From Flavobacteriales bacterium (lineage in GTDB: Bacteria > Bacteroidota > Bacteroidia > Flavobacteriales_F > PHOS-HE28): a stretch of 64,000 bases of DNA. The notes below the pieces were generated by a model. That model saw only the letters and a list, made by a program, of their open reading frames with translations. It did not search any database and had not been told where the DNA came from. Shown here piece by piece: positions 54,007-64,000 of this stretch. Every line of letters begins with the position of its first letter. Within the stretch, counting starts at the first letter, position 1. Both the position numbers and the translations under genes were made by a program. The stretch is taken from contig JADJWA010000001.1 of NCBI GenBank assembly GCA_016716605.1, forward strand, positions 2,489,330 through 2,553,329, read 5' to 3'.

Positions 54007-54567
54007 TCAGGGCTCAGCGCTGGCGCGGAGCTTGGCCTCGAATGCGCCAAGGAGCGCCTGCACCCGTGATTCGGCGACATCCTTCACTTCCGCGTAGAGA
54101 CGCCTACGCGAAGGGATGCTCGCGCCGCGGATGCGCGTGGGCGGGTCCGGGGAGCGCGTAAGCTGGCCCAAGTGGACCCCACCCCGCGGCGAGGTCCGGT
54201 TGCCGGTGTGGGAGAACTGGGTCACCCTTACGGTGCATTCGCCCGCGCGCGCGGTCAAGGTCACATGGTACTGCACCACCCCCATGCTCTCCTGTCTGAG
54301 CCACATGCCCTCGGAGCGGAAATTCACCCGTGCCATGCCTTCCAGCACGCCGTTCTCGCGGTCTGACCGCAGCACTTTCGCACCCGGCTCCTTGCCGAAG
54401 GTCCAGGTCCACGCATCATGGGCCTTGTCGAATAGCAGAACCGCATTCAGCGGCACTGAGATCGATCGGGCATAGGAGATGGGCTGTCCTGGCTCCGGAT
54501 CCTGGCCGCGGGCATCAGCAACCCAGGAGCAGCACATGATCAGGCTGACGCACCAGCGCGCGAACAT
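54007..54567 (-). CDS. Secreted DUF4468-like protein
   Basis: Signal peptide, then AWTWTFGKEPGAKVLRSDRENGVLEGMARVNFRS...YHVTLTARAGECTVRVTQF. The family call is from memory. Confidence 0.55.
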   Translation of the reverse strand: MFARWCVSLIMCCSWVADARGQDPEPGQPISYARSISVPLNAVLLFDKAHDAWTWTFGKEPGAKVLRSDRENGVLEGMARVNFRSEGMWLRQESMGVVQYHVTLTARAGECTVRVTQFSHTGNRTSPRGGVHLGQLTRSPDPPTRIRGASIPSRRRLYAEVKDVAESRVQALLGAFEAKLRASAEP

Positions 54568-54599
54568 GGCGGCAAGTTAGCCGGGCTCCGCAGCGGGCC

Positions 54600-54607
54600 T
54601 ACATTTG
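54600..54607 (+). promoter_or_regulatory. Bacteroidota-type -7 box (TACATTTG) upstream of the NYN-CSD gene
   Basis: It matches TAnnTTTG and ends 21 nt before ATG 54629. Confidence 0.4.
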
Positions 54608-54628
54608 GCGACCTTATTCACTTCAAGC

Positions 54629-55558
54629 ATGAGCAGCACAGGAAGCGTGGCCCTGAAAGTGGGCGTGTTCTATGACGGCAGCTACTTCACCCACGTGAGC
54701 AACTATTACAACTACGTCCATCCGCACCGCCGAAGGCTGCACATCGGCGGGGTCCATGAGTTCATTAAGCACAGCCTGGCCGAGCGCGAGGGCACCCGCC
54801 CCAGCCTGTGCCATATCATCGACGCGCACTTCTTCCGTGGCCGGTTCAGCGCGCGCGATGCCATGGAGAAGACGAATCAGCTATACTATGACCGCGTGTT
54901 CGACGATGTGCTCATGTACAACGGCGTGCAGACGCACTATCTGCCCGTGAAGGACCTGATGGGCCGCAAGCGCGAGAAGGGCATCGACGTGCTCATGGCG
55001 CTCGAGACCTATGAGCTGTGCATGCTCAAGCGCTTCGATGTGGCCGTGATCATCGCCAGCGATAGCGATCACATGCCCCTGGTGCGCAAGCTTCACGCCT
55101 TGGGCTGCAAGACCATGCTCCTGGGATGGGACTTTGAGTTCACGGATCAGGAGACCGGCGAGGTTCAGACCACCAAGACCAGCACGGACCTGTGGAACGA
55201 GGTGAGCTATCCCATGCCCATGCACGACCTCATCGAGGAAGGGCTGAAGGACGATGATGAGGTGGTGCGCGACATGTTCGTGACGCGCGATGCCCGCGAT
55301 GCCGAGCCTGAGGGAGACCGGCCGGCCCCTACACTGGTTGACGAGGAGCGCCATCGCAGCGCCATCATGAGCCTGATGAACGGCTATGGCTTCATCCGCT
55401 ACCCGGACAACAACCTCTTCTTCCGCCATGACGACCTGCAGGGCATCAGCTTCGAGGAATTGTCCGTGAGCGATGAGGTGGAATTCAATGTGGCGATCAA
55501 TCACCGTGGTCAGCGCGTGGCCAAGAACATCACCTGGCCGGCGGAGGGAGCCGCTTGA
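54629..55558 (+). CDS. NYN (LabA/PIN-like RNase) domain protein fused to a C-terminal cold-shock (OB-fold) domain
   Basis: NYN: LKVGVFYDGSYF, KGIDVLMALETYE, VIIASDSDHMPLVRKLHALGCK. CSD: IMSLMNGYGFIRYPDNNLFFRHDDL...EVEFNV. Confidence 0.75.
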   Translation: MSSTGSVALKVGVFYDGSYFTHVSNYYNYVHPHRRRLHIGGVHEFIKHSLAEREGTRPSLCHIIDAHFFRGRFSARDAMEKTNQLYYDRVFDDVLMYNGVQTHYLPVKDLMGRKREKGIDVLMALETYELCMLKRFDVAVIIASDSDHMPLVRKLHALGCKTMLLGWDFEFTDQETGEVQTTKTSTDLWNEVSYPMPMHDLIEEGLKDDDEVVRDMFVTRDARDAEPEGDRPAPTLVDEERHRSAIMSLMNGYGFIRYPDNNLFFRHDDLQGISFEELSVSDEVEFNVAINHRGQRVAKNITWPAEGAA

Positions 55559-56248
55559 TCAGGCCATCGGCAAGCGCACGGTAAAGGCACAGCCGGCGCC
55601 CGGACCATCACTATGCCCGGTCAGGGTGCCCCCGTGGGCCTCGGCCCATTGCCTGGCGCGTGACAGGGATGAACGACCTTGGGCTTCGCCAGCGGTGGAG
55701 CGGCCCTTCAGCATGGCATAGCGCGTGAACACATGGGCGAGATCCTCGGCGTCGAGTCCGATGCCGCGGTCGCGAACGGTGATCACGGCGTGCTTGCCAT
55801 CGTGATTCGCTTCCACCGCGATGGAGGTGCCGGCCGGGCTGAATTTCGAGGCGTTGCTGAGCAGGGCGGCGAAGAGCTCCTCGAGAAGGCGTGCATCGCC
55901 TTGGGCCATAAGGCCAGTTGCGATGCGCCGCTCAACCGATTGCCGCTTGCGATCGAACCGGTGGCTCAAGGAATCGATCGCGTGCTCCATGCATTCACCC
56001 AGATCAACCGGAGCGGGTGCTGCGATGGACGGGGAGCGTTCCACCTTGAATTCATCGAGCAGGTCCTCTGAGGCGCGCATGGCCTTGAAGTATTGCTGCT
56101 CCGCGAAGGCGATTAGCTCTGTGCGATCCGCCTCCGAGCTCCCATCCAGCTGACCGAGCACTTGCTGGATGGCGGCCAACCGATTGCGCAAGTCGTGCGC
56201 GAACCGGTGCAACCGCTCTGCCTGCTCAGGCGAAGCCTTCATGACCAT
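55559..56248 (-). CDS. Soluble histidine kinase (HisKA + HATPase_c only)
   Basis: H-box FAHDLRNRLAAI, N-box ALLSNASKFS, G1 DRGIGL. At 229 aa it has no TM or sensor domain. Confidence 0.8.
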   Translation of the reverse strand: MVMKASPEQAERLHRFAHDLRNRLAAIQQVLGQLDGSSEADRTELIAFAEQQYFKAMRASEDLLDEFKVERSPSIAAPAPVDLGECMEHAIDSLSHRFDRKRQSVERRIATGLMAQGDARLLEELFAALLSNASKFSPAGTSIAVEANHDGKHAVITVRDRGIGLDAEDLAHVFTRYAMLKGRSTAGEAQGRSSLSRARQWAEAHGGTLTGHSDGPGAGCAFTVRLPMA

Positions 56249-56251
56249 GGC

Positions 56252-56620
56252 TCATTCGCGGGCGAAACGCTGGAGCGTGTCCTCCAAGCTATCGCTGTTG
56301 ATGGGCTTGGGGAGGTAGTGGCAGCCCTTGAGCGCTCGAATGGCCTCCACGACCTCCGGCTTGGTGCTGGCGGTGAGGAATAGAATGGGAATCGGCATGG
56401 GGTCGCTGGCATGGATCTCCTGGGCGAGCTCAAGGCCGGTCTTCGGCCCTTTGAGGTACACATCCATGATGATCAGGTCCGGGCGCTCGGCGCGCAGCAG
56501 GGCCTCCGCCTCTTCTGCGCTCTTGGCCGTGCCGGTGACCTCAAAGCCCATGCGCTCCATCTGGAGCCGGTAACTGAACGAGATGATGGCCTCGTCCTCG
56601 ATGATCAGGATCTTCTTCAT
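56252..56620 (-). CDS. Single-domain response regulator (REC only)
   Basis: MKKILIIEDE, phospho-acceptor context PDLIIMDVYL, FLTAS, and K in YLPKP. Confidence 0.85.
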   Translation of the reverse strand: MKKILIIEDEAIISFSYRLQMERMGFEVTGTAKSAEEAEALLRAERPDLIIMDVYLKGPKTGLELAQEIHASDPMPIPILFLTASTKPEVVEAIRALKGCHYLPKPINSDSLEDTLQRFARE

Positions 56621-56655
56621 GGTTGGTCCGTGGGAGAGGTTTGCGGCGACCAACT

Positions 56656-57078
56656 TCACTTCCGCCTGGCGAGGCGGTCAGCCAATACGCGCTCGAAGCT
56701 ATCCACCGAGAGGGCCTTCTCGACATAACCCATCACGCTACGGAAGGATAGCGCGCGCTCCAGGTCGCTGGGGCGGTTGCTGCTGCTGAACATCACCACG
56801 CTGGTGAGCCCGTTGGGCAGCAGGCCCTCGGATTCGCAGGTGGCCAGGAACTCGAAGCCGGTCACCGCCGGCATGTTGATGTCCACGAAGAGCAGGTCAG
56901 GCAGGTCCTGCCCTTTGCGGAAATGCTCCAGGGCTTCGGTGGCGCTGGTGTAGCACGTCAATTGGCCCGTATAGCCGGCCTTCTTCAGCACCAGCTTCGT
57001 CACGAAGTTGCAGTCTTCCTCATCGTCCACCACGATGATGTGGCGCACGGCGGTGTGCTGGAGGGTCTCTTGGGTCAT
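56656..57078 (-). CDS. Single-domain response regulator (REC only)
   Basis: IIVVDDEEDCNF, PDLLFVDINMP, VVMFSSS, YVEKA. Confidence 0.8.
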   Translation of the reverse strand: MTQETLQHTAVRHIIVVDDEEDCNFVTKLVLKKAGYTGQLTCYTSATEALEHFRKGQDLPDLLFVDINMPAVTGFEFLATCESEGLLPNGLTSVVMFSSSNRPSDLERALSFRSVMGYVEKALSVDSFERVLADRLARRK

Positions 57079-57185
57079 TCCAAATGCTGGGATAAGGCGC
57101 CTCAAACGGTGCTCGAGGATCGAATGTTCCTTCGGGATCGAACCTCGGCTGCACGGGCGGGTACCGCTCCCCGAAGACACCCCTC

Positions 57186-58103
57186 ATGAACGCCGTGATT
57201 GATTTCCTCCGCCGTGATGCGCGCCATTTCCAGATCCTCTTCCTATCGGCCTTCCTTGCTTATGGTATCGCGATGCTGCAATGGGATGCCGAGTGGCGCC
57301 GGTACCTGGTCCTCCTCGCCACTTGTCTCACGGTGCAAGCCTTGTTCATCCGTTGGTTGAAGCTGCCTTGGCATTCGATGAAGAGCGCCATGGTCACCGG
57401 ATTGGGCATGAGCCTGCTCTTGAACGCAGGATCGCCCTGGGTGCTCGTGCTGGGCGCAACGGTGGCGATCGCCAGCAAGTTCCTGATCCGCAGCAATGGC
57501 AAGCATGTGTTCAATCCCGGCAATCTCGGGATCGCCGCCGCGGTGCTGCTCACAGGCGATGGGTGGGTTAGTCCGGGGCAATGGGGCAGCGGCGCCACGC
57601 TCGCCTTCCTGGTGGGCGCAGCTGGCTTCATGGTGGTGCTGCGCGTGGGGCGCATCGATACGAGCCTGGCCTTCCTCGGCGTATTCGCAGCGCTGGACTT
57701 CGCGCGGCAGGTGCTCTATCTGGGCTGGGAGCCCGATGTGTGGCTGCACCGCATGAGCAACGGATCGGTGCTGCTCTTCACCTTCTTCATGATCACCGAC
57801 CCCATGACCACGCCCAAGGCCCAAGGCGCGCGCATCGGATGGAGCATCGCCATCGCGCTGCTGGCCTTCGTGCTCGGCTGGAAATGGTGGGTGAATGCCA
57901 CGCCGATCTGGGCCTTGCTCATCGTCAGCGCCTTCACTCCATTGATCGACCGGCTCTGGAAGGGCGATGCGTTCCGGTGGATGAAGAATGCGGTCGACCG
58001 ACCAGCCAGCAGTGAATCCGAGACACAGGCACTGAGCCTGCTTCGCCCTACTTCCACGGTTGCGCCAGGAAGCAGGCCTCGCATTGACCGGATGCTCCAA
58101 TAA
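57186..58103 (+). CDS. Stand-alone RnfD/NqrB-family membrane protein
   Basis: Family hallmarks GKHVFNPGNLG and LLFTFFMITDPMTTP. WGSGATL resembles the S-G-A-T flavinylation site. No other Rnf/Nqr subunit genes are nearby. Confidence 0.75.
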   Translation: MNAVIDFLRRDARHFQILFLSAFLAYGIAMLQWDAEWRRYLVLLATCLTVQALFIRWLKLPWHSMKSAMVTGLGMSLLLNAGSPWVLVLGATVAIASKFLIRSNGKHVFNPGNLGIAAAVLLTGDGWVSPGQWGSGATLAFLVGAAGFMVVLRVGRIDTSLAFLGVFAALDFARQVLYLGWEPDVWLHRMSNGSVLLFTFFMITDPMTTPKAQGARIGWSIAIALLAFVLGWKWWVNATPIWALLIVSAFTPLIDRLWKGDAFRWMKNAVDRPASSESETQALSLLRPTSTVAPGSRPRIDRMLQ

Positions 58104-58121
58104 CCCTCAACCTCAATAGAC

Positions 58122-59549
58122 ATGAGAACCCTTCTGCTTCCCGCCCTTGCGCTCATGGCGCACCAAGCCGGTGCCTTCTGCGGCTTCTATGTGGCCAAGG
58201 CCGATGCCACGCTCTTCAACGACCGCAGCGAGGTGATCCTCGTGCGCGACGGCCAGCGCACCATCCTCACCATGAGCAATGACTTCAAGGGCGACGTGAA
58301 GGGCTTTGCCTTGGTGGTGCCCGTGCCCACCGTGCTTCTGCGCGACGACATCAAGGTGGTGGAGCGCCGTGTATTCGATGCGCTCGATGCCTACAGCGCG
58401 CCACGGCTGGTGGAGTATTATGATGAGAATCCGTGCCAGCGCTGGCTCTATAGCAATGCAGACATGCAGGAGAGCGTGGCCGCTCCGAGGTCCGCCTCGG
58501 CCATGAAGCAAGAGGAACGTGAAGCCAAGGACAAAGGCGTCACCATCGAGGCGCGTTACACGGTAGGGGAGTATGACATCCTGATCCTGAGCGCGAAGGA
58601 GAGCGTGGGCCTTAAGGAATGGCTGATGGAGAATGGGTACAAGATCCCGCAGACGGCGCACGAAGTGCTGGACCCCTACATCAGGAGCAACCTGAAGTTC
58701 TTCGTGGTGAAGGTGAACCTGAAGGAACTCCAGGCATCGGGTTACAGCACCTTGCGGCCCATTCAGATCCGGTATGAGAGCCACAAGTTCATGTTGCCCA
58801 TCCGATTGGGCATGGCCAACAGCAACGGCTCGCAGGACATGATCGTGCATGCCTTCACGCGCACGGGCCGTGTGGAGTGCGTGAACTATCGCACGGTGAA
58901 AGTGCCCAGCGACCGGAACATCCCGCTCTTCGCGAAGCAGCGATTCGGTCCTTTCTACAAGGATCTCTTCGCGCGGGCGCATCGCCGTGAGGGCCGCAAC
59001 ACGGTCTTCCTGGAGTACGCGTGGAACGTGACGCCCAGCTTCAATGGCATGAAGTGCGACCCCTGCGTGGGCCCGCCGCCCATGCCACGCGAATTCGCGC
59101 AGGCCGGAGCCGATTGGAGCCAGCAGGGCGCTCCCACTTTCTACACACGGCTGCATGTGCGCTACTCCCGCGATCGTTTCCCGCAGGACCTCGTTTTTCA
59201 AGTGACGCCCAACACCGAGCATTTCCAAGCACGCTACGTCCTCACCCACCCGGCCCAGGGCGACCTTACCTGCTCCGATGGACAGGATTACCTGGAGCAG
59301 CTCTACTACCGCCGCCATCGTGAACTGGAAGAGCTCCATTCACTCACCGGATGGAACGTGGACAAGCACCGCGACTACGCGGATGAGGTGAGGCGTCGCA
59401 TGAGCCCGGAGCGACGCAACACGGTCGCGCCACCGGTGCCATTCAATGGCCCAGGAGGCATGGGCGGGCGCTGGATGATCGCGATGCTGGGGGCGTTGGC
59501 CTTCGCGCTGGTCGAATACACCGCAAGACGCCGCTGGAAACTCGCATAG
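58122..59549 (+). CDS. DUF2330-like secreted protein with C-terminal TM anchor
   Basis: Signal peptide then AFCGFYVAKADATLFNDRSEVILVRDGQRTILTMSNDFKGDVKGFALVVPVP. C-terminal helix WMIAMLGALAFALVEY followed by RRRWK. It starts 18 nt after the RnfD-like gene. Confidence 0.7.
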   Translation: MRTLLLPALALMAHQAGAFCGFYVAKADATLFNDRSEVILVRDGQRTILTMSNDFKGDVKGFALVVPVPTVLLRDDIKVVERRVFDALDAYSAPRLVEYYDENPCQRWLYSNADMQESVAAPRSASAMKQEEREAKDKGVTIEARYTVGEYDILILSAKESVGLKEWLMENGYKIPQTAHEVLDPYIRSNLKFFVVKVNLKELQASGYSTLRPIQIRYESHKFMLPIRLGMANSNGSQDMIVHAFTRTGRVECVNYRTVKVPSDRNIPLFAKQRFGPFYKDLFARAHRREGRNTVFLEYAWNVTPSFNGMKCDPCVGPPPMPREFAQAGADWSQQGAPTFYTRLHVRYSRDRFPQDLVFQVTPNTEHFQARYVLTHPAQGDLTCSDGQDYLEQLYYRRHRELEELHSLTGWNVDKHRDYADEVRRRMSPERRNTVAPPVPFNGPGGMGGRWMIAMLGALAFALVEYTARRRWKLA

Positions 59550-59630
59550 CTTGGATCGGCGAAAGGCCATGACCTCCGTCAATTCCAAACGCGCGGCACC
59601 GGGTACCTTCGCTGCACAACCCTACGAATC

Positions 59631-60089
59631 ATGGACCGCATCGCCACCAAACGCCTTGTGCTGCAGGCCGCACGTGCCCGCCTGGAAACCACTGCAGCGG
59701 AATTGCGATCCCGCATCGAGGAATTGAAAGCCGTCACCATCGGCGACGACAACGCCGATAGTGCCAGCCAATCCGAGAGCACGCATGGAAACGATCTGGA
59801 CCTCATGCGTTCGATCGGCGTGCAATTGGAGCATGTGCAGCAGGACCTCGACCGGCTAGGCATCGTGGCGCCCGATGCATGCATGGACACCGTTCAGTTC
59901 GGGGCGGTGGTGCATACCGATGTGCGCAACCTGCTCATTGGCTTCAGCTTGGAGGAATTCGGCGCAGCGGGCCGGCAATACCTTGGTGTAACGCCGAAGG
60001 CGCCGCTGGTGCAGGCGCTCTATGGGCGTAAGGTGGGCGAGAGCGCCGTGGTGAACGGTGTGCGCTATACGGTGCAGGAAATCTGCTGA
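59631..60089 (+). CDS. GreA/GreB C-terminal-domain-like protein
   Basis: N-terminal coiled-coil (LETTAAELRSRIEELKAV). C-terminal VQFGAVVHTD...YLGVTPKAPLVQALYGRKVGESAVVNGVRYTVQEI resembles the GreA C-terminal fold. Confidence 0.55.
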   Translation: MDRIATKRLVLQAARARLETTAAELRSRIEELKAVTIGDDNADSASQSESTHGNDLDLMRSIGVQLEHVQQDLDRLGIVAPDACMDTVQFGAVVHTDVRNLLIGFSLEEFGAAGRQYLGVTPKAPLVQALYGRKVGESAVVNGVRYTVQEIC

Positions 60090-60124
60090 GCCGCACTTTC
60101 TTTGGCGGAAAGAACCCGTCAAGG

Positions 60125-60664
60125 ATGGAACTCTATGAAATCGCGATCGGCGCGCGCGTGAAGCACCCCACCATGGGCGTGGGCGTGGTGTACGATATGG
60201 ATCCGCGCACGGTGCACATCTTCTTCAAGGAGCATGGTGAGCAACCCGTTAGCCGGAGCTTCGAAGGCCTCGTTACGATCGCTCCGGGTGTTGAGGTTGG
60301 TCAGGAGCCGCTGGACCTTGATGCCGTGCGGGATTGCCTCAAGGAGGTGCTCGAGGAGTTGCAGCAGCCGCAACGACCGGTGGATATGGCACGGCGCTAC
60401 GAAGGCGGTACTTTGGAACTGAAGCCAAAGGACCCCTCGCTCAAGAGCAAGGAGATGCCCATCGACGACTTCTTCCACAAGATCGTGATGATCCGCGACC
60501 GCTTCCGCGTGCTGGAGCAGAAGATCAACGCGCACGAGAAGCTCAGCGAGGCAGACAAGGTGGAACTGCAGCAGTACATCACGCGCTGCTACGGTTCGCT
60601 CACCACCTTCAACATCCTCTTTGAGGATAAGGAGGACCACTTCGTTGGCCAGAAGGGCGATTGA
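60125..60664 (+). CDS. Hypothetical protein
   Basis: Protein-like composition, whereas the antisense ORF is His/Ala/Leu-rich junk. I recognised no motif. Confidence 0.5.
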   Translation: MELYEIAIGARVKHPTMGVGVVYDMDPRTVHIFFKEHGEQPVSRSFEGLVTIAPGVEVGQEPLDLDAVRDCLKEVLEELQQPQRPVDMARRYEGGTLELKPKDPSLKSKEMPIDDFFHKIVMIRDRFRVLEQKINAHEKLSEADKVELQQYITRCYGSLTTFNILFEDKEDHFVGQKGD

Positions 60665-60819
60665 GGCACGCACATAGCGAACGGCAGGTAAACTCAGGTC
60701 CGTCTTGCCAAGTACTGTCATACGGCTAGCTCCAATGGCGGAGCCACGCGTTGGAGTCTTAGGAACGGGCGATTGGCAAATCAGCAGCGGAGGAACAGAT
60801 GGCGCATTGGGCGGCTATG

Positions 60820-61236
60820 CTACTCCTCGAACGCCTCGATCGTGGCCTGGCGCTCCACAAGCTTGGTGAACTTGCCATCGTAGCGCGTGGCGCGCACGAT
60901 ATGGTTGTCGATCCAATGGTAGTTGCCGCCGCGCGGCTTGCCGAAGAGGATCGCGTGGTACTTGAAGCCGTGCGCATCGAGCCACGCCATGGTCACTTCG
61001 CGGTGCTCCTCGGTCCGACTGGTGAAGAAGGTGATGATGTGCCCTTCATCGAACCAGCCGTTGCAGATCTCCAGCGCGCCCTCGTAAATGGAGGCGATTG
61101 CCATGCGCTCGGGCTCCTCGTTGGGGATGTCCTCGCAGATGGTGCCGTCGATGTCGATGAGGAAGTTCTTCTTCCCTTCGGGCAGCCTTGGGCTGATGCG
61201 CTTGCCATCCTCGAAGGCGTCGTTGAGCTGTGCCAT
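60820..61236 (-). CDS. HAD-superfamily phosphatase-like protein
   Basis: DxDxT motif FLIDIDGTICED, FFTSRTE, and GKPRGGNYHWIDN. It starts 13 nt downstream of acs on the same strand. Confidence 0.65.
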   Translation of the reverse strand: MAQLNDAFEDGKRISPRLPEGKKNFLIDIDGTICEDIPNEEPERMAIASIYEGALEICNGWFDEGHIITFFTSRTEEHREVTMAWLDAHGFKYHAILFGKPRGGNYHWIDNHIVRATRYDGKFTKLVERQATIEAFEE

Positions 61237-61249
61237 GGGGTAAAGTTGG

Positions 61250-63145
<1,896 letters not shown>

Positions 63146-63527
63146 GGTGCCGGCGAAGTTGGGCGTTCGGCATACAAGATCGTCAGTTCCCATGTCAAGG
63201 CGGTTCGTCTAAAGAAAATCAGCATTCGTCTTGACTTTCGCCCATTGCACCTGAAATCTTGCGGCCACTTTTCCGACTGGCAACAGACCCCAACGAATAA
63301 CCCAACACGCATGTGGCCAGTACAGACACTCACGCTCCTGCTCTGCCTTACCGACGAAGAACAGCTCTATGCCCAACAGATCCCGCATGAAGCGGTCCCG
63401 GCCACGATTGAAGTGACGGCTCCAGAGGAAGAGCCGATCGAGAACGCTCTCGTGCTTTCCATAGAAGCCGAAGCCTGAGCCAAGCCTACCCCGGACCCGG
63501 TCTGCCGCAAGGTGGGCCGAGTACGAC

Positions 63528-63567
63528 GACCCCGGTGCCACCTGCCCAGGTGCCGGGGTCAACTTTT
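63528..63567 (+). terminator. Orphan terminator-like hairpin plus T-tract in the acs-upstream intergenic region
   Basis: GACCCCGGTGCC-ACCTGCCCA-GGTGCCGGGGTC (12-bp stem including two G-U pairs valid only in plus-sense RNA) followed by AACTTTTAT. No annotated plus-strand gene ends here. Confidence 0.35.
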
Positions 63568-63611
63568 ATCATAGCGGTCACGGCCTAGCTTCGCCGCCTC
63601 ACCAATTGACC

Positions 63612-64000
63612 ATGAAGCACCTGACCGTCGCTGCGTTCACCTTCTTCGCCATTCATGCCTCCGCCGTTGACCGGATCGTTGAGGAATTCGGCGTGCCGCC
63701 CACCTACCCGAACATCGCCTCCGCCGTCGCGGCTGCGGCCGATGGTGATCGGATCATCGTCAAGAACCGCGCGGGCGAGATTCCCTGGATCGAGAACATC
63801 ACCATCGACAAGAGCCTCGAGTTCCTGAGCTATGCGAACGACGGTTACTTCGTGGTGCAGGGCACGTACAACATCGTTCCTGCGAACGGCCGCGTGGTGC
63901 TGATCAACGGCATGCGGAACACCGCAGGCGGGATTGGCGCAGGGGCAGGCACCTCAAGCATCCGCGGAACGCGCGTCCGGGTGGTGGACAGCTACTTCGT
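63612..64000 (+). CDS. 5' part of a secreted protein gene (partial, runs off the window end), probably a beta-helix/adhesin-like protein
   Basis: ATG 63612, signal peptide MKHLTVAAFTFFAIHASA, then ...YPNIASAVAAAADGDRIIVKN..., typical of right-handed beta-helix N-termini. The frame is open to the window end. Confidence 0.55.
   Translation, partial: MKHLTVAAFTFFAIHASAVDRIVEEFGVPPTYPNIASAVAAAADGDRIIVKNRAGEIPWIENITIDKSLEFLSYANDGYFVVQGTYNIVPANGRVVLINGMRNTAGGIGAGAGTSSIRGTRVRVVDSYF

Noticed and set aside
57243-59339. Minus-strand ORFs of 285 and 408 aa opposite the RnfD-like and DUF2330 genes.
   Set aside because: Antisense shadow ORFs. The plus-strand products have family hallmarks and sensible signal/TM topology.
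63209-63562. A 117-aa minus-strand ORF in the acs-upstream intergenic region.
   Set aside because: It has no motif and Arg/Gly/Leu/Phe-rich composition. It overlaps the plus-strand hairpin and the lower-GC spacer. It would also be an isolated gene pointing into the acs promoter region.

Overview
This window is a high-GC chromosomal segment from a Bacteroidota bacterium. I infer the taxon from an XrtF exosortase, T9SS C-terminal sorting domains, ribosomal protein THX, DUF4924/OmpH synteny and recurring TAnnTTTG -7 promoter boxes. I call 64 protein-coding genes, two of them partial at the window edges. They are densely packed, with many ATGA/TGATG stop-start overlaps. I saw no rRNA, tRNA, CRISPR array, cas gene, integrase or phage gene.

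Layout:
- 0-5.9 kb: an Fe-S oxidoreductase gene pair separated by an unusual heptamer-repeat hairpin, then a tandem pair of CotH-family genes.
- 5.9-10.0 kb: a minus-strand envelope block. At its 5' end are a 68-codon ORF, xrtF and the XrtF partner membrane protein. The 68-codon product looks like a dedicated exosortase substrate (signal peptide, PPPC repeats, P-I-D-G-G motif, TM helix, basic tail).
- 10.2-27.8 kb: a surface-glycan locus of about 17.6 kb. It combines a Wzc-type tyrosine-kinase co-polymerase with a Wzm/Wzt ABC exporter, three sulfotransferases, an aminotransferase / methyltransferase / PLP-decarboxylase / ATP-grasp cassette, one GT2, two tandem GT4 paralogs and an MBOAT plus SGNH-like acylation pair.
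- 27.8-29.2 kb: a lower-GC HUH/Y1 (RAYT-like) transposase gene. It lies between two direct copies of a 220-bp hairpin-rich element, which continues into 3.7 tandem copies of a 139-bp unit full of REP-like GGGCTGAARGCCC hairpins.
- 29.3-64 kb: mostly housekeeping and envelope genes (DAACS symporter, bestrophin, mscL, rocD, pdxH, HU, fmt, recQ, ilvE, prolyl oligopeptidase, acs). Interspersed are T9SS-secreted hydrolases, a THX protein with a histone-H1-like tail, a NYN-cold-shock fusion, an orphan HK/REC/REC relay and a stand-alone RnfD/NqrB-like gene paired with DUF2330.

Most worth follow-up: the XrtF mini-substrate candidate, the sulfated and amine-decorated glycan locus, and the RAYT/repeat complex. 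All family calls come from reading motifs by eye. No database search was run.
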